DNA of 64,000 nt from Verrucomicrobiota bacterium. GTDB taxonomy: Bacteria; Verrucomicrobiota; Verrucomicrobiia; Opitutales; Seribacteraceae. The DNA lies in contig JAQBYT010000001.1 in assembly GCA_027622665.1 (NCBI GenBank), positions 320,001 through 384,000 of the forward strand, in the 5' to 3' direction. This document shows, in pieces, positions 1 to 8,550 of this stretch. The translations under genes and the position numbers were made by a program. Each line of letters begins with the position of its first letter. Position 1 is the stretch's first letter. The notes below the pieces were generated by a model that was not told where the DNA came from, ran no database searches, and saw nothing but the letters and a program-made list of their open reading frames with translations.

Positions 1-1001
1 AGTGGTGAGGCTGGTCCTATGACGCCTTCCACCATTACGCCCGAGGCAGAGGAAACCTGTTCTAGACCGAGCGTTGTCTCACTTAGCAAATCCAGTCCAT
101 CCATATTTCGCGACTCAACTATACCCGAAGGTCTGCATGAAAGAATAAGGCGATCCCCTGACCGCAAAACAAGCTTACCTTTGTCTCCGGTTAACACTCG
201 TCCTTCTCGACAAACATCAAGGAGACGCATCCTCTTGAGGTTGGACAGCCCCGATTCGTCAACAGTCTTGCCGTCAAGAGAGGAGTCCGAAAGAACGATG
301 GCTTCGGTCAAGAACTCCTTTTGCTGAATGTCCGACAGTATGCTGGCGAGTGCTTCGCGATCAGGCAAAAGTCGTCGACCGAAAAGGACGAGATACCCGG
401 TCGCGACAAAAAAGAGGGGCAACCCGACCTTGGCCAACTCGAACATTCCGAGTGGTTCCATCTCTGGATAAATCTCATTTTTGCCCATTATGCCGCTGGC
501 CAGGACATTCGTACTTGTTCCTACAAGCGTACAACATCCGCCAAAGATGGAAGCATATGACAACGGAATAAGTAGCTTCGACGAAGAGATATTCATCGAT
601 TTAGCCAAGCTCATCACAACCGGAAGGAAGACAACGACTACGGGAGTATTGTTGACGAAAGCAGAGATAAGGGCAACGGATGCAACTAACACTAGCAGAA
701 AGCCTCGGTATCCGATGCCTACAAGGCGAGTGAGGTAGCCCGATGCCGCTTCAATCAAGTGGCATTTCCCCAAGGCAGCACTCACTACAAACATTGCAGC
801 AATTGTTAGCGGGGCGGGATTGGCAAAGACCCCGAGAATCTCATCCAGTCCCGGCAAGCGTTCCGAACCAGTAAAAATTGAAACGATGGCGATGAGGGCA
901 AAAACCGTAATGGCCGTTACGTCAGTCGGGACACGCTCCAAGATAAAACTCACCAATGCGGCGAGCAGCAAAAACGAGACAAATACTATTTCCCAAGACA
1001 T
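1..1001 (-). CDS. SLC13/CitMHS-family permease with TrkA-C (RCK-C) domains, partial (runs off the window start)
   Basis: Not in ORF track. Manual minus-strand translation from ATG at 1001: MSWEIVFVSFLLLAALVSFILERVPTDV...ISAFVNNTPVVVVFLP...LLIPLSYASIFGGCCTLVGTSTNVLASG...KEFLTEAIVLSDSSLDGKTV...LVLRSGDRLIL; NNT and GTSTN motifs plus a TrkA-C repeat. Confidence 0.9.
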   Translation of the reverse strand, partial: MSWEIVFVSFLLLAALVSFILERVPTDVTAITVFALIAIVSIFTGSERLPGLDEILGVFANPAPLTIAAMFVVSAALGKCHLIEAASGYLTRLVGIGYRGFLLVLVASVALISAFVNNTPVVVVFLPVVMSLAKSMNISSSKLLIPLSYASIFGGCCTLVGTSTNVLASGIMGKNEIYPEMEPLGMFELAKVGLPLFFVATGYLVLFGRRLLPDREALASILSDIQQKEFLTEAIVLSDSSLDGKTVDESGLSNLKRMRLLDVCREGRVLTGDKGKLVLRSGDRLILSCRPSGIVESRNMDGLDLLSETTLGLEQVSSASGVMVEGVIGPASP

Positions 1002-1039
1002 GGAATGCGGCAATCGTTACAAAAAGAGAGAATCCGACC

Positions 1040-1393
1040 TCAGTTCTTGGCGAAGGTGGAACCGTTCCAACCCCACATCTCTCTAGGAACATCGTGAAAG
1101 TTCAGGTAGATTCGCTTAGGAGCAATAGACAGTCTTTCGCTAAGAAACTTGCACAACGCAAAAGAAAGGGTTGGTGCATCCATGACAGAAAGTCCAATGG
1201 AGAAAAGCTCTGCAAAAAGTGCGGGTTCGTTCGTTCCGGCAAAGAAGATACTTTCGCCAAGATTCAGTCTAACCATAACATAATCCTCCGACTTCCCCAA
1301 TATTTCTGCACATTTAAACGATAATTCAGTCAAAAGCTCGGCTTTGTCCGATTGGGAGAGGGATTGGTTCGTGGTGACCGAAACAAATGGCAT
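1040..1393 (-). CDS. MIF / phenylpyruvate tautomerase family protein
   Basis: Start re-called to ATG 1393 giving M-P(1)-FVSVTTN; LGKSEDYVMV, EPALFAELFSIG, RIYLNFHD, WGWNGSTF match the MIF superfamily. Confidence 0.85.
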   Translation of the reverse strand: MPFVSVTTNQSLSQSDKAELLTELSFKCAEILGKSEDYVMVRLNLGESIFFAGTNEPALFAELFSIGLSVMDAPTLSFALCKFLSERLSIAPKRIYLNFHDVPREMWGWNGSTFAKN

Positions 1394-1550
1394 TGGCTCA
1401 AACGGATTCAGTATAAAAAAACATATTTGGAGATTCATTGAAAGGGTAAAGGCTGAGACGCGCAAACAGAAGTTGCTAAAATCTCATATAATCAATACGG
1501 TGATGATTTTCTTGAAGTTGTTTGCTCTAAAGGAAAAATTAATTGCAAGA

Positions 1551-2591
1551 ATGAGTACCTCTAAAATTCTCGACCTCCCCATTCGCCCCCGTCGCCTGCG
1601 AAGGACCTCGGGGCTAAGGGCTTTAGTGCAGGAAACCGCATTGCAGCTAGACGATTTAATCCTGCCCATCTTCGTAGTGGAAGGAGAAGGCGAACCTGAA
1701 CCGATTGAATCCATGCCGGATGTCTTTCGTTTGCCGATCCCTCAACTCATTGAAAAATGTCGCGAGTTGTGCGAATTGGGACTGCGTTCGGTTGCACTTT
1801 TCCCAAAGGTACCAAGCCATAAGAAAGACGATCAGGGTTCCGAAGCTCTCAACTTAAACGCCCTAGTGCTGAATGCCGCCCGAGCCCTGAAGGTCGCCAT
1901 ACCCCAATTGATCTTGGTGGGCGACCTCGCACTTGACCCATATACTATCCACGGGCACGATGGCGTGCTTGACCTCTCGGGTAATGTGGACAATGACGCA
2001 ACGGTTGCCATTCTGGCCGAAATGGGAGTGCTTGCGGCAAACGCGGGAATAGACATCGTCGCGCCATCCGACATGATGGACGGACGCATCGCTGAAATTC
2101 GGCATCATTTGGACGAATCCGGTCACGCACAGACGGCAATTATGGCCTATTCCGCTAAATTCGCGTCAGCGTACTACGGTCCTTTTCGGGAAGCGGTTGG
2201 AAGCGAGCGACCCGACAACCATTCGTCAATAGATAAAAGAACCTATCAGTTGAACCCTGCCAATTTTCGAGAGGCTCAGCGCGAGCTTCTCTTGGACGAA
2301 AAAGAAGGTGCGGACTTCTTAATGGTTAAACCTGCGGAACCTTACCTTGATGTGATTCGGTATGCCCGCGACAATGCCAATCTTCCCATTGTCGCCTATC
2401 AAGTTTCGGGCGAGTACGCTCGCATCTGGGCCGCCGCCGAGAGAGGGTGGCTTGACTTGGAAGCCTGCATGATGGAATCGCTTACCTCGATTAAACGCTC
2501 AGGGGCGGACTTGATCCTTACGTACTTCGCAGAGAGGATTCTCCGCGACCGTCATTTAGGCGAAACTTCATCAGGTGCAGAATCTTCGTAG
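1551..2591 (+). CDS. hemB: porphobilinogen synthase (ALAD), Asp-type metal site
   Basis: RPRRLR, DLALDPYTIHGHDG, VAPSDMMDGR, MAYSAKFASAYYGPFR, MVKPA, AYQVSGEY; ATG at 1551. Confidence 0.97.
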   Translation: MSTSKILDLPIRPRRLRRTSGLRALVQETALQLDDLILPIFVVEGEGEPEPIESMPDVFRLPIPQLIEKCRELCELGLRSVALFPKVPSHKKDDQGSEALNLNALVLNAARALKVAIPQLILVGDLALDPYTIHGHDGVLDLSGNVDNDATVAILAEMGVLAANAGIDIVAPSDMMDGRIAEIRHHLDESGHAQTAIMAYSAKFASAYYGPFREAVGSERPDNHSSIDKRTYQLNPANFREAQRELLLDEKEGADFLMVKPAEPYLDVIRYARDNANLPIVAYQVSGEYARIWAAAERGWLDLEACMMESLTSIKRSGADLILTYFAERILRDRHLGETSSGAESS

Positions 2592-3292
2592 CGAGTCGGT
2601 TCTTTCTCTCGCTCTTCTTCCTCCCACTTCAAATCTTCTTTACGTAGCATTTTTTCTTCTTCTTTATCGCCAGAATCTACGACACTCGTGTCGAGATCGG
2701 AATAATCCTCCTCCCCATTCCCTTCCTCGTCCTCGTCTTTAATATCATGATCGAGAGCAAAGCCTTCGGGAACGAACTCCAAGATAGATTCAACCTCTAT
2801 GTAGAAGTGGGTGCGACGACCTTCAAGATAATCATTGTTGTGACGCTCTGCCAGAACTTCCTCCATCTCATCTAAGGTAAAAGGTTCGGTAAAGTCGATC
2901 AGGTCGTTGAGCATCTTTATCCGTAAGATTGAGATATGCGTGAGAAAATCGGCATAGGGCCCCTTGTCCTCATGCATAACGTCCGGCAAAGCAAACAGCA
3001 TGTCTTCAGCTTTAAGCAAAGAATCTCGCACCCGGCGAAGTTTAATCCTGCCGCCCTCCAATTCCTCGCCAATCTCAAAAGTAAAAAACGCCTCATCGAC
3101 GATTTCCGAAGCAAGCCCGTATTCCGTCATCGAGTCCAACAACTCGTTCATGTGAAAGAATTGCTTGGGGTCAATGATACCTAACCCATCCACATCCCAG
3201 TTTACATTGTCGCTAATTTCGTTTACCCACCAGTTTTTATCTTCACCCAAGCGAACGATACACCAATCAATTCTTGTTTCCATCTTCTCCAT
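2552..3292 (-). CDS. hypothetical protein with very acidic C-terminus
   Basis: Long ORF with protein-like composition; overlaps the hemB 3' end convergently; start uncertain (3292 or 3325). Confidence 0.75.
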   Translation of the reverse strand: MEKMETRIDWCIVRLGEDKNWWVNEISDNVNWDVDGLGIIDPKQFFHMNELLDSMTEYGLASEIVDEAFFTFEIGEELEGGRIKLRRVRDSLLKAEDMLFALPDVMHEDKGPYADFLTHISILRIKMLNDLIDFTEPFTLDEMEEVLAERHNNDYLEGRRTHFYIEVESILEFVPEGFALDHDIKDEDEEGNGEEDYSDLDTSVVDSGDKEEEKMLRKEDLKWEEEEREKEPTRYEDSAPDEVSPK

Positions 3293-3437
3293 GACCACTT
3301 GCCATAAGTTGGGATTTTTGCTCAAGTCAACTTCCTAGTTCAAGAAGAGGCAATTTTTTCTTCATTTTAGAAAAAAAATCCCATGCAAAATTTTCACAGA
3401 ACAGGAAGAAATGGAATAATGGATATCCGTTGTAATT

Positions 3438-4502
3438 ATGAGTCTTTTCTACGAAAAAATCTTTAGGCCGTTATTATTTAAGCTAGAAGCTGAACGGGCA
3501 CACCGAATCGCCGCTTTTTCTATGCGAGTTCTTGGCAAGACCACTCTATTGAGGGGACTCGCATCCCTTTATTGTCGCACCGAATCTTCCCCCGTTCGTC
3601 TTTTCGGCTTGGATTTCCCCAATCCCGTTGGATTGGCCGCAGGCATGGACAAAAACGGTGAATTTATTCGGTCTTCACTTGCCCTTGGTTTCGGGCACGT
3701 CGAAATTGGGACGATAACTCCACAGCGCCAACTAGGCAATCCCCGGCCCAGGCTTTTTCGCTACCCCCCAGTGGGGGGAATTGTCAACCGAATGGGATTC
3801 AACAACGATGGAGCAGAAATCGTAGCTGACCGGATTAAAAGAAACTATCCGAGGGGAAAACGCAATATGCCACTAGGCATCAATATCGGAAAGGCAAAAA
3901 CAACTGACCTCGATCAGGCCGCAGAGGATTATATTAAATGCTTCAAAATTGCGGCAGACCAGGCGGATTACATTGCTATTAACATAAGTAGCCCCAATAC
4001 CAGAAGCCTTCGAACACTCCAAGAACCTGATCGGCTCGAACCACTGCTCGCCTCCATTAATCAGGAGAGGAAGGATTATTCGGCGAAAATGGGGCGGAAA
4101 CACGTTCCGGTATTGTTAAAGATTTCTCCGGATGAATCATTTCGAGCCCTAGACATTGTCCTCGAACTTGCTTTTCTTCATGAAATTGATGGAATTATTG
4201 CTACGAACTCAACTGTTAGCCGAGCCGAGCCGAATTCCGCATGCTGTACAGAGCCTGGCGGTCTCAGCGGTTTGCCTCTAAGAAAACGCTCCACCGAGGT
4301 CGTGCGCTACCTCGCCAAGGCTTCAGGTGGTCGCATTCCAATAATTGGAGTCGGTGGAATCTGCGACGCTATGACAGCAGGAGAAAAACTGGACGCCGGG
4401 GCATCCCTCATTCAACTCTATTCGGGATTCGTCTACAAGGGGCCCTTACTTGTTAAAAGCCTTGCTCGATCGATGGTCCACAGGTGCTCAAATCCGATTT
4501 AA
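3438..4502 (+). CDS. pyrD: quinone-dependent dihydroorotate dehydrogenase (class 2)
   Basis: NPVGLAAGMDKNG, GNPRPRLFR, NRMGFNN, NISSPNT, LLKISPD, GGLSG, IIGVGGI. Confidence 0.97.
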   Translation: MSLFYEKIFRPLLFKLEAERAHRIAAFSMRVLGKTTLLRGLASLYCRTESSPVRLFGLDFPNPVGLAAGMDKNGEFIRSSLALGFGHVEIGTITPQRQLGNPRPRLFRYPPVGGIVNRMGFNNDGAEIVADRIKRNYPRGKRNMPLGINIGKAKTTDLDQAAEDYIKCFKIAADQADYIAINISSPNTRSLRTLQEPDRLEPLLASINQERKDYSAKMGRKHVPVLLKISPDESFRALDIVLELAFLHEIDGIIATNSTVSRAEPNSACCTEPGGLSGLPLRKRSTEVVRYLAKASGGRIPIIGVGGICDAMTAGEKLDAGASLIQLYSGFVYKGPLLVKSLARSMVHRCSNPI

Positions 4503-4585
4503 GGTGTGCCAACGAGATTTTCAGTTGTTCTTTCCCTCTTGCCAGTCTTCATTCCTAGTCACAAAATAATAGGTTTATAGGAAGC

Positions 4586-5578
4586 ATGAAAAAAGGGCTT
4601 TTATTTGGAATTTTGCTGCTGATCGGTGGAGGTGGACTTGCCGTATTGGTTAAATTTGGGGGGAAACCGGAGAATTTAAAGTCATGGTGGCATAAATTCT
4701 CGCACAATAGCGATTCACTGCCTTGGTGCCCTTACCAAGTGCGCGAGGTCGATGCATCAAAAATGTACATCAAGAAGGCCACCCAAGTACTTTTTCTTGA
4801 CCAGAACCTCTTCTGGAAGGGGCAGGGCGCAACAGTTGGACCAGAATTAGATAAAAAAGGTAGAGTGGTTCGTTTGATCGTTACTGCAGGCGGATCGGGT
4901 TATTCGCCTACGACCACGGCGGAAGTAGTTGGTGCCGGATCGGAGACCTTTAAATTGGGGAACGTGACAGTCAAAAATGGTAAAGTTGCAGGCGTAGAAT
5001 TTATAAGTGGAGGAGAGTGGTACCGTACCTCGAGGGTACATGCATACAGTACAGACGGTCGAGTCGAAGTGTTGCCTTACAGCGGAACCACCAAGCTAAA
5101 ATTCGACAATGGCCAAGTTCACGATGCTAAACATTTCCTTTCGGGTGAACTCCACGGAAAATGGAAACGATTTAGGCAAGATGGGATACAAATTTTTGAT
5201 AAAGAATTTACGCGGGGAAAGAAACACGGGGCACATCTTTATTATTTCCATGACCCGATTGATCCCGAAGACTATAAAACCCAAAGTGATGCACACCTAA
5301 AGAGAAAGATATACGCCTCGCTCTGGCTTGAAGTTCACGAAGATGCCAGACGGAAATTCCTCAAATACCCATCACCGGAAGCAAACGAATGGGCCATAAA
5401 AAAGTACAAGGAACGGGGAGGCGAGTTTCAAGTACATCTTCTCGAACATTACGAGAATAACAGGCGCCATGGCAGTTTCGAAGGGTATGACTACCTTGGA
5501 AATCCTACTTTTAAGGATGATTACAAGGAGGGTCTTCGCATAAGCCATAAAACTTTTGACAAAACCAAAAAAGGTTAG
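4586..5578 (+). CDS. membrane-anchored hypothetical protein with MORN-variant/YwqK-like repeats
   Basis: N-terminal hydrophobic segment; repeats such as FLSGELHGKWKRF, FTRGKKHGAHLYY, YENNRRHGSFEGY. Confidence 0.7.
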   Translation: MKKGLLFGILLLIGGGGLAVLVKFGGKPENLKSWWHKFSHNSDSLPWCPYQVREVDASKMYIKKATQVLFLDQNLFWKGQGATVGPELDKKGRVVRLIVTAGGSGYSPTTTAEVVGAGSETFKLGNVTVKNGKVAGVEFISGGEWYRTSRVHAYSTDGRVEVLPYSGTTKLKFDNGQVHDAKHFLSGELHGKWKRFRQDGIQIFDKEFTRGKKHGAHLYYFHDPIDPEDYKTQSDAHLKRKIYASLWLEVHEDARRKFLKYPSPEANEWAIKKYKERGGEFQVHLLEHYENNRRHGSFEGYDYLGNPTFKDDYKEGLRISHKTFDKTKKG

Positions 5579-5598
5579 CGAATAGAAGTTTCTGAAGA

Positions 5599-5683
5599 TG
5601 GTGCTCAGGGGGGGACTCGAACCCCCACGGGTTACCCCACCAGGTCCTTAACCTGGCGCGTCTACCAATTCCGCCACCTGAGC
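5599..5683 (-). tRNA. tRNA-Leu, anticodon AAG, CCA encoded
   Basis: Reverse complement GCTCAGGTGGCGGAATTGGTAGACGCGCCAGG-TTAAGGA-CCTGGTGGGGTAACCCGTGGGGGTTCGAGTCCCCCCCTGAGCACCA: 7-bp acceptor stem, long variable arm, TTCGA T-loop, anticodon loop T-T-AAG-G-A. Confidence 0.95.
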
Positions 5684-5864
5684 TGAGTTGACTAACACTT
5701 TCATCATCATCCCGTGAATGAAAGAAGTCATAGCATGGCACATTGTTGTCGTTAATCCAAGAAAAAATCTTCGGGTTGCATTAGTTTAAGCATAACTCTT
5801 GTCAAAGGGGAAGAGGTTTGCCATCATGTATAACCAAAGAATGGTACTACACTCCGAAGATTCA

Positions 5865-7349
5865 ATGTCCGACAAGGCGCAACCCGATCTAGCGTCATTG
5901 CTAAATGCGAACCTTGGTCCTACATGGAGCGGCGACAACTTATCTTCGTCTCGCACTATCGAAAAAAGGTCACCAGAACAAACCGCTCACCGTGAACGGA
6001 AAAGTGGGTGGTCGACAAGCGACGGCCGCTCGCGAGAACACTCCAAAAGTGAACGCGGAAAGAGACAACAATCTCGAAAAGACAACTCAGCCAGGACAGA
6101 CTACCCTAGAGTAGCTAGGGCCGAGAAGCCTTTCTGCAAAATAAGCTTTTTTCCCTCGCCGGAAACCTTCAATGCAATTGCCGCAAATCTTCGAGAAACA
6201 GGACGCACTTTCGAGCTGTTTGATCTCACATCTACGATTCTGGCAAAGCCAGAACGGTTTGTCGTCCGAGTGTCCATGCCCAAGGAAGCAATCGATCAAG
6301 AAAAAACATTGTGCGTATCTAAGCTAGACGGGTTAGTTTTTGACTCCCCCGAGGCAGTAATTGATCATCTCATCGCCAAGGGACTGGGAAATATATACGA
6401 TGTCGAAGAGATCGAAACAGAACCTCCGTCAGGTAATTTCCCTGCCATCAATAGATGTGGGATTACTGGAGATTGGCTTGCGCCTCCGAATTATCATCGC
6501 TATGCGGAAATGATTCGCGAGCACCACGCCACTAAGCTCGCTAATATCACCTTTGATAAATTCGAGAAGAAAATCGAAACTGTCCGCGAACCCGAGGCTG
6601 CGACCGCTTGGATTGAAGAAATGAGAAAGGTTCGAAAATATAAGCTTACAAAGCCCAAGGCTGACGATCCTGAAAGCTTTGACAGCCTTGTAGCACTCCG
6701 CAAACACCTCGCATTCCATAAATCTTCTGCATTCGTCCAGACCTGTACAAATACCGAGTTTCACGGAAGGTTGCTGGAGAATCTTTCCGGAGGTATCCTG
6801 AAAGACGATATTGAGATCACTCTTGAACAGCAGCGTCGCTTTCCACTAGATACGGCCTTGGCTCTTTTGGGTCGGTTTCGCGCCGCCAAGTTTCACCACT
6901 TCAAGCGTGGGAAAAAGGGCATCTCCTATCTCTCGCCCATTAAACGCCGTCGCCGTGTCGCTGGCGAACGTTTCTCTCCCTCGATTGAGGGACTCATTTC
7001 CTTTGTCGAAAAACACCCGCTTACCGAAAAAGGCTCACTGGCTGAAAAGCATCTTGGGATTTCCGCCGACAAGAAAGATGACCCAAAGAATTCAGATGCC
7101 ATCCGAACTCTTGCCCGAGACCTGCATTGGCTAATTGCGGAAGGCTACGCAACTGAGTATTCAGATGGTCGTCTCGAAATCCGTTCGCTGATAGCCAGCA
7201 ACGAAGGGAAGAGCAAAGAGAATAAGATCAAAATTGAAGTTGACCAAGAGGCAGAGAACGAATCCATAAATTCTAAAGTCGATAAAAAACCTGAAGATCT
7301 GGGAGATGCCCCAACAGGCTCAGACTCCGAGGGGCTTCGCCAATCGTAA
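5865..7349 (+). CDS. hypothetical protein (basic disordered N-terminus, possible winged-helix-like C-terminal region)
   Basis: ~495 aa ORF; start uncertain (5799-5865); no family recognised. Confidence 0.8.
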   Translation: MSDKAQPDLASLLNANLGPTWSGDNLSSSRTIEKRSPEQTAHRERKSGWSTSDGRSREHSKSERGKRQQSRKDNSARTDYPRVARAEKPFCKISFFPSPETFNAIAANLRETGRTFELFDLTSTILAKPERFVVRVSMPKEAIDQEKTLCVSKLDGLVFDSPEAVIDHLIAKGLGNIYDVEEIETEPPSGNFPAINRCGITGDWLAPPNYHRYAEMIREHHATKLANITFDKFEKKIETVREPEAATAWIEEMRKVRKYKLTKPKADDPESFDSLVALRKHLAFHKSSAFVQTCTNTEFHGRLLENLSGGILKDDIEITLEQQRRFPLDTALALLGRFRAAKFHHFKRGKKGISYLSPIKRRRRVAGERFSPSIEGLISFVEKHPLTEKGSLAEKHLGISADKKDDPKNSDAIRTLARDLHWLIAEGYATEYSDGRLEIRSLIASNEGKSKENKIKIEVDQEAENESINSKVDKKPEDLGDAPTGSDSEGLRQS

Positions 7350-7769
7350 ACTCCGCCCACCGCGAGATGGTGTTTCAATAATCAACCGCCAAGTCTCTCC
7401 AAAGACAAGTTCGGGAGCTTTCTGAGGCCACTCGACCAATAAAATCCAAGGCGAAATAAGCAACTCTTCGATGCCCAGATTTTCAGCATCTTTGCTTGAC
7501 TCGAGTCGATATGCATCAACATGTACAAGGTTTCGGCGAGGGGAAGTGTACACGTTTACGATGTCATAGGTAGGACTGGTCACCTGCCCTTTGACCCCAA
7601 GCGCATGAGCAAGAGCAGATGCAAAAAAAGTTTTCCCAGCACCCATGAAGCCATCCAGCAGAAGTGTAAGGTTTTCGGGAATAATCACGGCAAGTTGCTT
7701 GGCAACATCAGTGACATCAGCAGGTTCAGGGCAATGCAGACCTGAAGAATAGAGCTTGTCAAAATCCAT
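7320..7769 (-). CDS. tsaE: tRNA threonylcarbamoyladenosine biosynthesis ATPase
   Basis: LDGFMGAGKT Walker A, VTSPTY, HVDAYRL, LVEWP. Confidence 0.95.
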   Translation of the reverse strand: MDFDKLYSSGLHCPEPADVTDVAKQLAVIIPENLTLLLDGFMGAGKTFFASALAHALGVKGQVTSPTYDIVNVYTSPRRNLVHVDAYRLESSKDAENLGIEELLISPWILLVEWPQKAPELVFGETWRLIIETPSRGGRSLRLAKPLGV

Positions 7770-8532
7770 GACCGACAAGAATAGAAAACACCATGAAGCC
7801 GTTAAAACCGGCATGAATTAAGATACAGGTTCTAAGATCGCCCGTACGTTCATAGGATAATGCGAGGATGATTCCGAGAAAAGTCAATGGGACGAAAGAA
7901 AGCACATTCTGGTGCACGAGTCCAAAAAGTATGCCTGAGATTACAAGTGCCGGGCCAACTCCAAATGGTCGTTTCATGGCACGAAATAAGATCCCGCGAA
8001 ATAAAAATTCCTCCAGGACGGGGGCAACAACCAAGGCGTAACAAGCAATGTTGAAAACTTCATTTAACGATTGCGTTTCCGCTAGCTTCTGAACCGATTC
8101 TTGTTTGGGATAACCAGACAAGACCTGAGAGGAAATAAAGGATATTGCGAGTAATGCGGGCCATGCACGCAAGAGCCGAATCAACGCGTCGCTCATTACT
8201 TGCAGCCATCCCATTCGGAATATGCCGACCAAATTTGGATAATTCTCTTTTCTCGAAATCCAGTAGATGGCAAACATCACTAACACTGGTAAAAAGCCCA
8301 AGGGCAAAGGGCCGAAAACACCGATAAGCAAACAGCCGACCAAGACGATCACCTCCCAAAGGCCCACTTCCCACAACCTAACCTTAAAGGATGGCTTGCC
8401 AGACTGGATTATCTTTTTACGTAGCAACAGCACAATGCCTGCCGCGGCCATAACTACATTAATTCCAAAAACAAGTTGAGCTCCGAGACCCCACTCTTCG
8501 TGGGCTGCAATAAATAATACAGACATTTTCAT
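7759..8532 (-). CDS. CPBP (CAAX/Abi) family intramembrane metalloprotease
   Basis: APVLEEFLFRG, FGLVH, HAGFN; multiple TM helices. Confidence 0.92.
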   Translation of the reverse strand: MKMSVLFIAAHEEWGLGAQLVFGINVVMAAAGIVLLLRKKIIQSGKPSFKVRLWEVGLWEVIVLVGCLLIGVFGPLPLGFLPVLVMFAIYWISRKENYPNLVGIFRMGWLQVMSDALIRLLRAWPALLAISFISSQVLSGYPKQESVQKLAETQSLNEVFNIACYALVVAPVLEEFLFRGILFRAMKRPFGVGPALVISGILFGLVHQNVLSFVPLTFLGIILALSYERTGDLRTCILIHAGFNGFMVFSILVGHGF

Positions 8533-8550
8533 GCCCGAGACATATCTTCC

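Noticed and set aside
19..1324. Plus-strand ORFs 19-327, 321-560, 481-738, 820-1086, 956-1324
   Set aside because: Antisense shadows of the SLC13 permease and MIF genes.
5599..5683. tRNA as integration site of an island
   Set aside because: No integrase and no duplicated tRNA 3' end seen.
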